A DNA stretch of 64,000 nt from an uncultured Bacilli bacterium (GTDB taxonomy: Bacteria > Bacillota_I > Bacilli_A > RF39 > UBA660), in assembly GCA_947589735.1 (NCBI GenBank), contig CANQCR010000008.1, positions 8,809 through 72,808 on the forward strand. The letters run 5' to 3'. This document shows positions 26,706 through 36,087 of this stretch, one piece after another. The notes beneath the pieces were generated by a model. It was not told where the DNA came from, ran no database searches, and saw only the letters and a program-made list of their open reading frames with translations. Position 1 is the stretch's first letter. Every line of letters begins with the position of its first letter. Made by a program: the position numbers and the translations under genes.

Positions 26706-27995
26706 TTATTTTAAAGGTGTAAGAATCTCTTTACCACCCATATATGGTTGTAATACCTTTGGTATTTTTACACTACCATCTTTTTGATAATTGTTCTCAA
26801 GTAAAGCAATTAACATTCTTGGTGGAGCGATAACTGTATTATTTAAAGTGTGGACAAACTCTTTATCGCCATTTTCCTTTTTATAACGAATAGCTAAACG
26901 ACGGGCTTGAGCATCTGTTAGGTTAGAACAAGAGCATACTTCAAAATATTTCTGTTGCCGTGGGCTCCAAGCTTCAATATCACAAGAACGATATTTCAAA
27001 TCAGCTAAATCACCACTACAACATACTAATTTACGAACCGGTATATCTAAAGTTCTAAATAGTTCGACAGAATAATTCCACATCTTATCATACCAAGCTT
27101 CGCTATCTTCTGGTTTACATAAAACGACCATTTCTTGTTTTTCAAATTGGTGAATACGATATACGCCTCTTTCTTCAATACCATGCGCACCTACTTCTTT
27201 TCTAAAGCATGGTGAATATGAAGTCATCGTAATTGGTAATTCGTTTTCTTTAATAATTTGATCTTTAAACTTCGCAATCATTGAATGCTCACTCGTACCA
27301 ATTAAATATAAATCTTCACCTTCAATTTTATACATCATATTAGACTTTTCTTCAAAAGACATAACCCCATCAACAGCGGCACTTCTAATCATATATGGTG
27401 GGATACAATAGGTAAATCCTTTATCAATCATAAAATCTCTAGCATAAGCTAAAACAGCACTATGTAAGCGAGCCACGTCACCAACTAAATAATAGAAACC
27501 ATTACCACTGACTCTAGCTGCCGCATCTTTATCTAAGCCGTTAAAACGCGCCATAATATCTGAATGATATGGTATTTCATAATCAGGAACCACAGGCTCA
27601 CCAAATCTTTGCTCTTCCACATTATGCGTATCATCTTCACCAATTGGTACATCATCAGCAATAATATTTGGAATAACCATCATTTTCTCTTTAATGGCCT
27701 TACTTAATTCTTCTTCTTTTGTAGTAAGACTATTAATCTCATCAGCCATCTTAGCGACGTCTTCTTTAATTTTCATCGCTTCATCTTTTTTACCTTCCCG
27801 CATTAAAGCACCAATTTGATCACTAAGGCGATTCTTTTCAGCTTTTAAGTTATCAGCTTTAGCTTTAGCCTCTCTATAATCGACATCCATCTCATATACT
27901 TCATCAACTAAAGGTAATTTCTTATCTTGAAATTTTTTCTTAATATTTTCTTTAACTAAATCTCTATTTTCTCTTATCAATTTTATATCTATCAT
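26706..27995 (-). CDS. serS: serine--tRNA ligase
   Basis: N-terminal coiled-coil arm (MIDIKLIREN...) and class II core motifs (FRKE..A.G, TLNNT..A..R). Confidence 0.95.
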   Translation of the reverse strand: MIDIKLIRENRDLVKENIKKKFQDKKLPLVDEVYEMDVDYREAKAKADNLKAEKNRLSDQIGALMREGKKDEAMKIKEDVAKMADEINSLTTKEEELSKAIKEKMMVIPNIIADDVPIGEDDTHNVEEQRFGEPVVPDYEIPYHSDIMARFNGLDKDAAARVSGNGFYYLVGDVARLHSAVLAYARDFMIDKGFTYCIPPYMIRSAAVDGVMSFEEKSNMMYKIEGEDLYLIGTSEHSMIAKFKDQIIKENELPITMTSYSPCFRKEVGAHGIEERGVYRIHQFEKQEMVVLCKPEDSEAWYDKMWNYSVELFRTLDIPVRKLVCCSGDLADLKYRSCDIEAWSPRQQKYFEVCSCSNLTDAQARRLAIRYKKENGDKEFVHTLNNTVIAPPRMLIALLENNYQKDGSVKIPKVLQPYMGGKEILTPLK

Positions 27996-28064
27996 ATTAT
28001 TCCTCCTCTATTAAACTTTCTATCCTTATTTAATATCCGTCCCGAGACTTTCATTTTATCACCT

Positions 28065-28260
28065 CTTATAAAAAAAAGACTATTCCTAGGAGTGCATAGC
28101 ACGGTACCATCCTATTCATAGTCTTAATTAAGATAACGGGTTCCCCCGGAAATGTTTACATTTCTCTCCAAAGTAGATTCATAAAGATATCATCATTCGT
28201 TTGCACCAACCACGAACTCTCTTAAGACTAATCTTTACTACTAATCTTTATCTTCGATTT
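28065..28260 (-). promoter_or_regulatory. T-box leader (Ser specifier UCU) with terminator
   Basis: On the - strand: AGAGAG, a distal loop GGTTGGTGCAA, a specifier context GAA-TCT-A, the T-box AATAGGATGGTACCGTGC, then an AAGACTAT/ATAGTCTT helix plus T8. Confidence 0.85.
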
Positions 28261-28309
28261 CTATTTAGTATTTTATCATTATAAGTTTTAACTGTCAATA
28301 ATATGCCTA

Positions 28310-29008
28310 TTAATTATTTGAACGATACTGATAAGTTTTAGCGTCAGAAGTATCAGGCTTATCAGTAACATCTTCAAAAGGCACTTCAATAGTTTCACTT
28401 TGATAAGAAGTATCTTGATCATCAGACATTATATTACTAAAATTCATAAGTAACGCTTGAAACTTAGTATTTATTCTAGCATCCATTTCTTTTAAAATCA
28501 TGATAGCTAAAGGGTCAGAGGATAGTACTTCATCATTTTCAGCCCAGCTAGCACAAGAAAAATCTATAAATAAATGGAATGAAGAGATTTCAGATAAAAC
28601 CGTATCACCATCTTTTAAATAAGACACCATAAGATTATAAATGTTGTTGCGTAAACGATAACATTCTTGTTTTCTCTTGATTTCATTTTCTTTAACATAG
28701 TAATTTTCAGCTTTCCTAAAGCAAGCATTATTAGTAAGCCCTACAACACTATAGGTTGCTAAACCAGCTGCCAGGCCATAACCGACATTACGGGTAAAAA
28801 AGCCTACAATACCAGCGACACTAATTTCACATATTCTAATGCCACGACTACTTAAAATAGCGTCTAATTTAACAGCTAAACGAACTCCTAAAGTTTGCTC
28901 ATCTTGATATTTTTGCCATTCTTCTTGAACTTTCGTTTCTGCTTCTTGATTAATTAGAGCTTGCTTTTGAAAGTGTTCCATCAATACTTCATTACTTGGT
29001 CTTGCCAT
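28310..29008 (-). CDS. hypothetical membrane protein, paralog B
   Basis: 232 aa with a central Gly-rich hydrophobic hairpin (ISVAGIVGFFTRNVGYGLAAGLATYSVVGL). Same architecture as the upstream gene. Confidence 0.5.
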   Translation of the reverse strand: MARPSNEVLMEHFQKQALINQEAETKVQEEWQKYQDEQTLGVRLAVKLDAILSSRGIRICEISVAGIVGFFTRNVGYGLAAGLATYSVVGLTNNACFRKAENYYVKENEIKRKQECYRLRNNIYNLMVSYLKDGDTVLSEISSFHLFIDFSCASWAENDEVLSSDPLAIMILKEMDARINTKFQALLMNFSNIMSDDQDTSYQSETIEVPFEDVTDKPDTSDAKTYQYRSNN

Positions 29009-29630
29009 TTTGTTTACCTCTTTTTACTACTTTTGTTTTTTGTTTGGAAGCTATATCTTTAGGCATTGACATTATAATAAGATTGATATGTCTTAAAATC
29101 GCAGCAACTTTTTTATCAGCTGCAATCTTTTCATCCTCAAGCATTAAAGCGATAGGATATTCATCTTGTGAATGCACTAAATAATCAACAATAGCTTCTT
29201 TACCTTGAATTGTATACTCAAAAACCAAATTATAAGCTGCTAAGCGAAGATTGTAGCGATAATTAAGATTGTTAGCTACTTTTACTTCTTCATTAATTTC
29301 TTTAACAGTTAAAGAGTCACAAATAGATGTTGCATACATCATTTTAGGCACTAATCGTTCAAGATAGAAACTACCTAAAGTAACATAACTTCCTAAAGTA
29401 ATATCATGGCTTAGGACTGTTGTCGCACTTCCGATGAAAATACTTAACACACCACCAAAAATACGACTATTAAAAACTTTATAAATAGCTCTAGTATTAT
29501 CTACATCACGGCGACCTAAATAAGCTCTTAATGATTTGTTATTTAAGATTCTTAGTTCTTGTGTTTCATTCATTTTAGCTAACATACGATCTGTTAAAGC
29601 CATTTGCTTTTCAATTTCTTCAATTGTCAT
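28992..29630 (-). CDS. hypothetical membrane protein, paralog A
   Basis: 212 aa with a central hydrophobic hairpin (IFGGVLSIFIGSATTVLSHDITLGSYVTLGSF) and a Lys-rich tail. Overlaps the next gene by 17 nt. Confidence 0.5.
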   Translation of the reverse strand: MTIEEIEKQMALTDRMLAKMNETQELRILNNKSLRAYLGRRDVDNTRAIYKVFNSRIFGGVLSIFIGSATTVLSHDITLGSYVTLGSFYLERLVPKMMYATSICDSLTVKEINEEVKVANNLNYRYNLRLAAYNLVFEYTIQGKEAIVDYLVHSQDEYPIALMLEDEKIAADKKVAAILRHINLIIMSMPKDIASKQKTKVVKRGKQNGKTK

Positions 29631-29708
29631 AATCTCACCCCAAAATGTGCCGTTTATTATACAACGTGAGAGTAGAAATTGTCAAATTAATAATACTAAA
29701 AAAAGAGT

Positions 29709-30581
29709 TTAATTACTCTTTTCTAAAGGTTCAGCGTGAATATTGATAAATGCAATGGTCGCATTGTATTCTTTTATCTTACTTTCTAACAAATCAGCGA
29801 TATGATGAGCTTCTTTTAAGGATAAATCACCATCCATAATGACAGTTAGATCAAGACTTGATTGATGACCATATTTCATTAAAACTAAATCTTTAATTTT
29901 AATAACGCCACTAGTTCTTTTAATCACATCTTTTAAACCATTTATATAAGCATAATCAGTTTCTTGTTCGCCTAAAACCGTGCTGGCATTTTCTTTTAAA
30001 ACGGAATAACCAACTTTAATGATAAATAAGCCAACTATTATACTAGCGATAATATCAGCATAAAGGAAGTATTTATGAACACTACCTAGTTGCATCAATA
30101 AAGCTGATATTAAAACGACGATAGATGATATGACATCCGTTCTACTCTCATGACCTGAGGCAATTAAAATATTGTTGTTTAGCTTTTTACCTTGATGAAT
30201 TATATAACTTGAAAGCAGTAATTTAGCTATAATCGTTATAAAACTGATAACGGCAACTAAAATACTAGGAACAACTATATTATGTCCTAGGGCATTATAG
30301 ATAACACCGACTCCGACACCAACAATAACAATACCAATAATAAGACTTGTTAAATATTCAATTCGGCCATGTCCATAAGGGTGTTCCCGGTCAGCCGGTT
30401 TCATTGCCATTCTTCCTCCAATAATGGCTACGGCATCAGTAATAAGATCACTAAAAGAATGAACCCCGTCACTGATAAGAGCTCCCGATGTATATATAAT
30501 ACCGGTACATATTTTAATAAGCGCAAGAAAAATATTCGTAATGACACTAACAATCATTACCGATGTTATTTTCTTTTCCAT
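29709..30581 (-). CDS. cation diffusion facilitator family transporter
   Basis: Six TM helices with HSFSD.ITD and H.....D motifs, and a C-terminal cytoplasmic domain. Start set at the ATG at 30581 (MEKKIT), whose GGAGAG RBS overlaps the polA stop. Confidence 0.8.
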   Translation of the reverse strand: MEKKITSVMIVSVITNIFLALIKICTGIIYTSGALISDGVHSFSDLITDAVAIIGGRMAMKPADREHPYGHGRIEYLTSLIIGIVIVGVGVGVIYNALGHNIVVPSILVAVISFITIIAKLLLSSYIIHQGKKLNNNILIASGHESRTDVISSIVVLISALLMQLGSVHKYFLYADIIASIIVGLFIIKVGYSVLKENASTVLGEQETDYAYINGLKDVIKRTSGVIKIKDLVLMKYGHQSSLDLTVIMDGDLSLKEAHHIADLLESKIKEYNATIAFINIHAEPLEKSN

Positions 30582-30589
30582 AATCTCTC

Positions 30590-33169
30590 CTACTTTGCTT
30601 GATACCAATCGGTACCATATTCAATATCAACCTCTAATGGAACAGCTAAAGTATAGGTGCCTTCCATCATCGTTTTGACAATTTCTTTGACCTCGTCAAA
30701 CTCCTCTATTGGGCAATCTAAAACGAGCTCATCATGAACTTGAACAACCATTTTAGCTTTTAAATGACGATTTTTTAACGCATTATATATTTCAATCATC
30801 GCTTTTTTGATTATATCCGCACTCGTCCCTTGAATGGGCGCATTTAAAGCCATCCTCTCAGCTCCCGATCTAATCATATAGTTTTTATTTTTAAGATCCG
30901 GTAAAGTCCGACGACGATTAAATAAGGTTGTAACATAACCTTGTTTATGAGCTAAAGCGATTGATGTATCCATATAATTTTTAATGCCAGGATAAGTTTT
31001 CAAATAATCGTCAATAAATTGTTGAGCTTCTTTAGGTGTTATCCCAATATTTTCTGATAAACCATAACTACTTATACCATAAATAATTCCAAAGTTAACG
31101 GCTTTTGCATTACGTCGCATATCTTTAGTAACTTCATCAAGAGAACATTTATAAATATCACTAGCTGTTTTAGCATGAATATCAACGCCCTCTTTAAAGG
31201 CATTTATTAAAGATGGAACATTTGCCATATGCGATAATAGCCGCAGTTCAATCTGCGAATAATCACTACTAACAAGATAGCTATCTTCTGATGGTACAAA
31301 AGCTTTACGAATTAATTTACCATATTCATTTCGAATCGGAATATTTTGTAAATTAGGTTCAATTGACGATAAACGGCCCGTCCTTGTTAATGTCTGAGTA
31401 TAAATAGTATGAACTTTACCATCAGGGAAAACACTATTTATTAAGCCATCAATATACGTCGAATGTAATTTAGTTAACATCCGGTAATCCAATATTTTAG
31501 GAATAATTGGATGTTCACTAGCTAATTTTTCTAAGACATCTTGCGCTGTTGAATAACCGGTCTTACCCTTTTTGCCATGTCTTAAGCCTAAATCTTCAAA
31601 TAAAACTTCCCCTAGTTGAATTGGTGATGATATGTTAAACTCCCGGCCCGCTAAAGCATAGATTTCTTCACTTAAAGTATCAGCTTTAGCTTTAATCTCA
31701 TTACCCATTTCTTTTAAGGTATCAATATTAACGCGAATTCCGGTATATTCCATATCACCTAGAACAACACTTAAAGGCATCTCAATATCATAGAACAAGC
31801 TTAGCATATCTTTTTCTTTTAATTTAGCTTCAAGCATATCTTTGGTATCATAGATAAACTTAGCTTTCATAACACTAGCTTTCATAAGCATATCCATATC
31901 GATGTCGCCCTTTTTAGGGTATAAGGTCTCACGAAAAGGAAGATTTTCCCCTAATTCATTGGCAAGATAAGCAATATCATCTTTTAAATTATATTCTAAT
32001 AGATAAGATGCAATAGCGGTATCAAAGGTAATTTTATCTACATATATTTTATGCCATCTTAAAGCAACCGTTAATCTTTTAGCGTCATAGGTATATTTTT
32101 TAGCTTGCATAAGAAAGAGTGGATTCTCTTTTAAAATGTCATATGGAATGAAAGCTTTGATAGAATCACTATAAACACCCATTCCTATAATATCGGTTTT
32201 ATGATAATTATCATTAGTGACTTCAAGAAAAATGGCACATTCATCTAAGCCATCTAGTTCACTTACATTCGTTATAACTTGATACTCTAAATTAGTATCG
32301 TGTTTAGGCGTTATTCTTTTTTTAAGGAAAGAATAAAACTCTAATTCTTCATATAACTTATTTAAAGCTTCATAATTAGGCTCTTTAACAACGATATCAT
32401 CCAAGTTAATTTCCATTGGAACATCAGTTACAATGGTGGCAATCTCATAACTCATATAGGCGTTATCTTTATCAGCTACTAATTTATCGTGAACGGATCC
32501 TTTAATCTCGTCAATATGTTCATAGATACCATCTAAAGTATGATACTGAACTAATAACTTTAGAGCCGTCTTCTCACCTATTCCTTTAACACCAGGAATA
32601 TTATCGGAAGCATCGCCCATTAGAGCTTTAAGATCGATTATATTAATTGGATTAATACCATAAGCTTCTTTAAATGTCTCTTCATTATAACGAATATAAT
32701 CTTTTTGCTTTAATAATTTAATATCTACTTGGGGTGAGATAAGTTGAAGTAAGTCTTTATCACTACTGATGATTGTTCCGATATAGTTATCATCGGTATT
32801 ACATAATTTAGCGAAAGTTCCAATAATATCATCAGCTTCATAATTGTCAATTTCATAATATTTAATACCCATATAGCCAAGCATCTCTTTAGCAACTGGA
32901 AATTGGCTTTTTAATTCATCAGGAGTTTCACTCCTGCCCCCTTTATAAAAATCATATTTATCATGGCGAAAAGTTTTACCTTTATCAAAAGCAACAATCA
33001 TTCTAGTTGGGCACTCTTCTTCCATAATTTTATGAATCATATTAGTAAAACCAAATAAGGCATTGGTTGGAAAGCCTTTACTATTTTGCATAATACTACC
33101 ACTATAAGCTGTCGCATAATAGCTTCTAAATAATAAATTATTACCATCAACCAAAATTATTTTTTCCAT
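30590..33169 (-). CDS. polA: DNA polymerase I
   Basis: 859 aa with a 5'-nuclease N-terminus (ILVDGNNLLFRSYYA) and Pol A motifs (DYSQIELR, RRNAKAVNFGIIYG, QVHDE). Confidence 0.95.
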   Translation of the reverse strand: MEKIILVDGNNLLFRSYYATAYSGSIMQNSKGFPTNALFGFTNMIHKIMEEECPTRMIVAFDKGKTFRHDKYDFYKGGRSETPDELKSQFPVAKEMLGYMGIKYYEIDNYEADDIIGTFAKLCNTDDNYIGTIISSDKDLLQLISPQVDIKLLKQKDYIRYNEETFKEAYGINPINIIDLKALMGDASDNIPGVKGIGEKTALKLLVQYHTLDGIYEHIDEIKGSVHDKLVADKDNAYMSYEIATIVTDVPMEINLDDIVVKEPNYEALNKLYEELEFYSFLKKRITPKHDTNLEYQVITNVSELDGLDECAIFLEVTNDNYHKTDIIGMGVYSDSIKAFIPYDILKENPLFLMQAKKYTYDAKRLTVALRWHKIYVDKITFDTAIASYLLEYNLKDDIAYLANELGENLPFRETLYPKKGDIDMDMLMKASVMKAKFIYDTKDMLEAKLKEKDMLSLFYDIEMPLSVVLGDMEYTGIRVNIDTLKEMGNEIKAKADTLSEEIYALAGREFNISSPIQLGEVLFEDLGLRHGKKGKTGYSTAQDVLEKLASEHPIIPKILDYRMLTKLHSTYIDGLINSVFPDGKVHTIYTQTLTRTGRLSSIEPNLQNIPIRNEYGKLIRKAFVPSEDSYLVSSDYSQIELRLLSHMANVPSLINAFKEGVDIHAKTASDIYKCSLDEVTKDMRRNAKAVNFGIIYGISSYGLSENIGITPKEAQQFIDDYLKTYPGIKNYMDTSIALAHKQGYVTTLFNRRRTLPDLKNKNYMIRSGAERMALNAPIQGTSADIIKKAMIEIYNALKNRHLKAKMVVQVHDELVLDCPIEEFDEVKEIVKTMMEGTYTLAVPLEVDIEYGTDWYQAK

Positions 33170-33234
33170 TTTATCACCCTATTCAAGTATTAATATTATA
33201 ACATATCCTAAGGGAGAGGCACAAAATATTTTAA

Positions 33235-34341
33235 CTATTTTTTATATTGCTTATCTTTTCTAGGAATGTGAGCTAAAGAAACATTATAAAAATCTTCATC
33301 GTCGGTAATTTCTCTTATAACAGGAATAAATGGTGGGATAGCATCGCCTTTACCACTTACTTCTAAAATAGCCACCCCATCATCAAATAAGTCTAGGCGA
33401 AAATGTTTTTTGTGCCAAATAAAAGTATAACGTGTTTTATCAATAATACGATAATCATCAGTGGTTGCTAAAATACGTTCATATTCTTTTTCTGTTATCT
33501 TTTTATCAGCTAAAACAGTTGCCGTCCCATGTAAATCATGTTTTTGAACGGTATAATAATAAGTCTTTTCATCATCTAACATTCTTTTGCGAAGACGATG
33601 TTCATAGGAACTAGTACCCAAATAAATTTGTCTTATTTGAATAGCTGTTGTCTGCTTTAGAAAACTAAGATCCAACCTTTTATTATCAACTAGATATTTA
33701 CGTTGATAGCGAAGACTAGCTGGATGTCCAAGAATATTATTAATTTCACTAATTACTTTAGCTAACTTATCTTCAAATGACAAACTATTGTCAATAATAA
33801 CTAAGTGTTGATGTTGACTCCATGCATTCATCGTCTTCCGGTCTAAAGCGATAGCTTCTTCAATGCCCTCACTACGAGCCGCATTGTTATCTAAAGTATA
33901 GAAGTTAGATGCTCCATCGGCGGCTGTTACGAGATGTAAAACCATATCATAGCGATCTAATAAATCAAGGCGTTGTAAACCATTCTTATGAAGAAGACTA
34001 TGAAACTCATCTTCACTAACATAGGCACTATTATCCATTAACCCCCGGTCGTAGACGATGATTACTTTGGTATCGGGATCTAATTTTGTAACAACTTCAT
34101 CATAACTATTTTCCTTATTTAATTGATATTTTAAAATGACATCCTGAAAATCAACCATAGAAATAGCTTGGTTGCCAAAGGGTCTAGCTCCCCCTTTAAT
34201 TAATTCGGTCGCGCTTTCTGATACCACTAGCACTTTATAACCAAGTTCCGTAAAATATTCTTCAATCCTAGCTAACGCTGTTGTTTTTCCTGCGCAAGGA
34301 CCTCCTGTTAAAACTATTTTCGCTTCAATATTTGCCATCAA
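33235..34341 (-). CDS. AAA_28 (NadR-type kinase-like P-loop) fused to a CYTH-like domain
   Basis: Walker A GGPCAGKTT and DRG..D motifs in the N-terminal half. The C-terminal ~160 aa has a CYTH-like pattern (RKYLV, EHRLRKR, ILEVS). Confidence 0.55.
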   Translation of the reverse strand: MMANIEAKIVLTGGPCAGKTTALARIEEYFTELGYKVLVVSESATELIKGGARPFGNQAISMVDFQDVILKYQLNKENSYDEVVTKLDPDTKVIIVYDRGLMDNSAYVSEDEFHSLLHKNGLQRLDLLDRYDMVLHLVTAADGASNFYTLDNNAARSEGIEEAIALDRKTMNAWSQHQHLVIIDNSLSFEDKLAKVISEINNILGHPASLRYQRKYLVDNKRLDLSFLKQTTAIQIRQIYLGTSSYEHRLRKRMLDDEKTYYYTVQKHDLHGTATVLADKKITEKEYERILATTDDYRIIDKTRYTFIWHKKHFRLDLFDDGVAILEVSGKGDAIPPFIPVIREITDDEDFYNVSLAHIPRKDKQYKK

Positions 34342-34883
34342 TAAACCCTCCTTATTATTTTTTCTTTGGCATTTACTTCATGAATTGATGCATGAATAAC
34401 ATTAAATCTTTCTTTATGCATATCAAGGGGAATATCATTTAGTAAGTAATAAAGCATATTGATAATTCCCCGATGCGTAACGATAAGAGTATCATCCATG
34501 GCCATAATGACGTTTAAATTATCACGGATACGATAATACAAATCAAGCATTGATTCCCCATTGGGATAACGATCGGCAATGGTTAGATTTTTAGTTGGAA
34601 AAAGGCGCTCGGCTGTTTCTTTTGGTAAACCTGTAACAATGCCTTTATTTAATTCCCGAAAGCGTTTATCAAAAGTGATAGGCAAGTTTAAATATCCCCC
34701 AATAATCCTAGCTGTCTCGCTTGATCTTTTGATATCACTGGAAACAATTTGTTTTAACTTTAAAGTCTCCAGTTTTGTTAACGAACCTCTTACTTGACTT
34801 TTACCAATATCGGTTAGTGACGCTTCGCTCCAGCCACCAACGTATCTTTCATCATCCAAGCCATGACGCATTAGATATAACAT
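34338..34883 (-). CDS. histidine phosphatase family protein
   Basis: LYLMRHG and LIVTHRG motifs. ATGA overlap with the downstream gene. Confidence 0.7.
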   Translation of the reverse strand: MLYLMRHGLDDERYVGGWSEASLTDIGKSQVRGSLTKLETLKLKQIVSSDIKRSSETARIIGGYLNLPITFDKRFRELNKGIVTGLPKETAERLFPTKNLTIADRYPNGESMLDLYYRIRDNLNVIMAMDDTLIVTHRGIINMLYYLLNDIPLDMHKERFNVIHASIHEVNAKEKIIRRVY

Positions 34884-34985
34884 AATCCACTCCTTTCCCT
34901 TGTACCGGCTTTTATCTTAACCGTACATTTATATTATATGTGTATATTATACGCTTGTCAAGACAATAAAGAAAAAAAGTAAAGT

Positions 34986-36086
34986 TTATTTACTTTTTCC
35001 ATTTTCATAAAGATAACTAACATCCATATCGCCACCTTGACGATATTCCTTGACCATTGATGGTACAAGCATTTTTTTAAATTTATACTTGTCTAATTCC
35101 GGACGTTTTTGGAAAGAATATTTACCTTTACTAAATAAGTTTTTTAATGTTGGCTTAAAAGTTTCATTCTTAGTTTTATAATGATACTGATAAGCGACTT
35201 GAACGATAGCTTCCGGTTTTAAGATTGCCGTTAAATCTTCTGTCACATATTTACCAAACGCATCGGCACTAATGACACTATAATATTCATCTGTTAGATA
35301 TTCATAAATATTAGATAACATAACAATATCATATGGCCTAGATAATTTATGTAGTTCTAATAAATTACATACATGATAATCCTTGGAAATATCTCTAATT
35401 CTTTCCTTAGCCAAATTATAATCGGTCTCACTTTGTAAGTAAGCATTATTCGTAATAGCCGTTTCGCGGTCACTACCAAAAATGATTGGTGACCCCTCTA
35501 ACTTTTGATTATAACGCGTGCGAAAATCTTCATCGCCATAATCATTAGGTAAAGACATACCAACAAATAAGGTTCCTTGGTAGTCATAATACTGATACAT
35601 TAAATCCCAGTAATAAGCACTTTCTTCGGATAACGCTGGTCGAATCCGCTCGTATGTCTGATATGAAAAGACCTGATAATTGTTATCCACTGTTTTTTGC
35701 CCGGCCATAACACCATGATAGACAATTTCTCTTGAAGCACTATCCGTAAAGAAAGTTAAGAACTCTTCATAAGATAAAGTTTTTAAGGCTGCTATTTTTA
35801 ATTCAGCCATAAAAGAGGCATTAGCAGATATATCAAAGCTATCACACCTTTTTGCTCCTAAATAAGCTAAATTGATAATATGATCACCAGATGCGGTTAC
35901 ACTTAAAACATCCTTCCCTTTAGGATGAAGTTTAGGTAGGGTATCTTTTAAGTTTTCCGTTGTAAAAGCATACATCACACTACAATTATCAAAGCTAGGA
36001 TGCATCAAAGAACGAGGACCTAATGTTTTATTTATAGTATCTTTGACTAATTGTTCAATAACTTTTTTGTGCTCGATATCTAACAC
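34986..36086 (-). CDS. DUF3419 (BtaA-like SAM-dependent transferase fold) protein
   Basis: VLSVTASGDHIINLAYLGAKRCDSFDISANASFMAELKIAALKTLSYEEFLTFF matches the conserved core of DUF3419 as I recall it, plus a later YDIVMLSNIYEY segment. Confidence 0.5.
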   Translation of the reverse strand: MLDIEHKKVIEQLVKDTINKTLGPRSLMHPSFDNCSVMYAFTTENLKDTLPKLHPKGKDVLSVTASGDHIINLAYLGAKRCDSFDISANASFMAELKIAALKTLSYEEFLTFFTDSASREIVYHGVMAGQKTVDNNYQVFSYQTYERIRPALSEESAYYWDLMYQYYDYQGTLFVGMSLPNDYGDEDFRTRYNQKLEGSPIIFGSDRETAITNNAYLQSETDYNLAKERIRDISKDYHVCNLLELHKLSRPYDIVMLSNIYEYLTDEYYSVISADAFGKYVTEDLTAILKPEAIVQVAYQYHYKTKNETFKPTLKNLFSKGKYSFQKRPELDKYKFKKMLVPSMVKEYRQGGDMDVSYLYENGKSK

Positions 36087-36087
36087 C

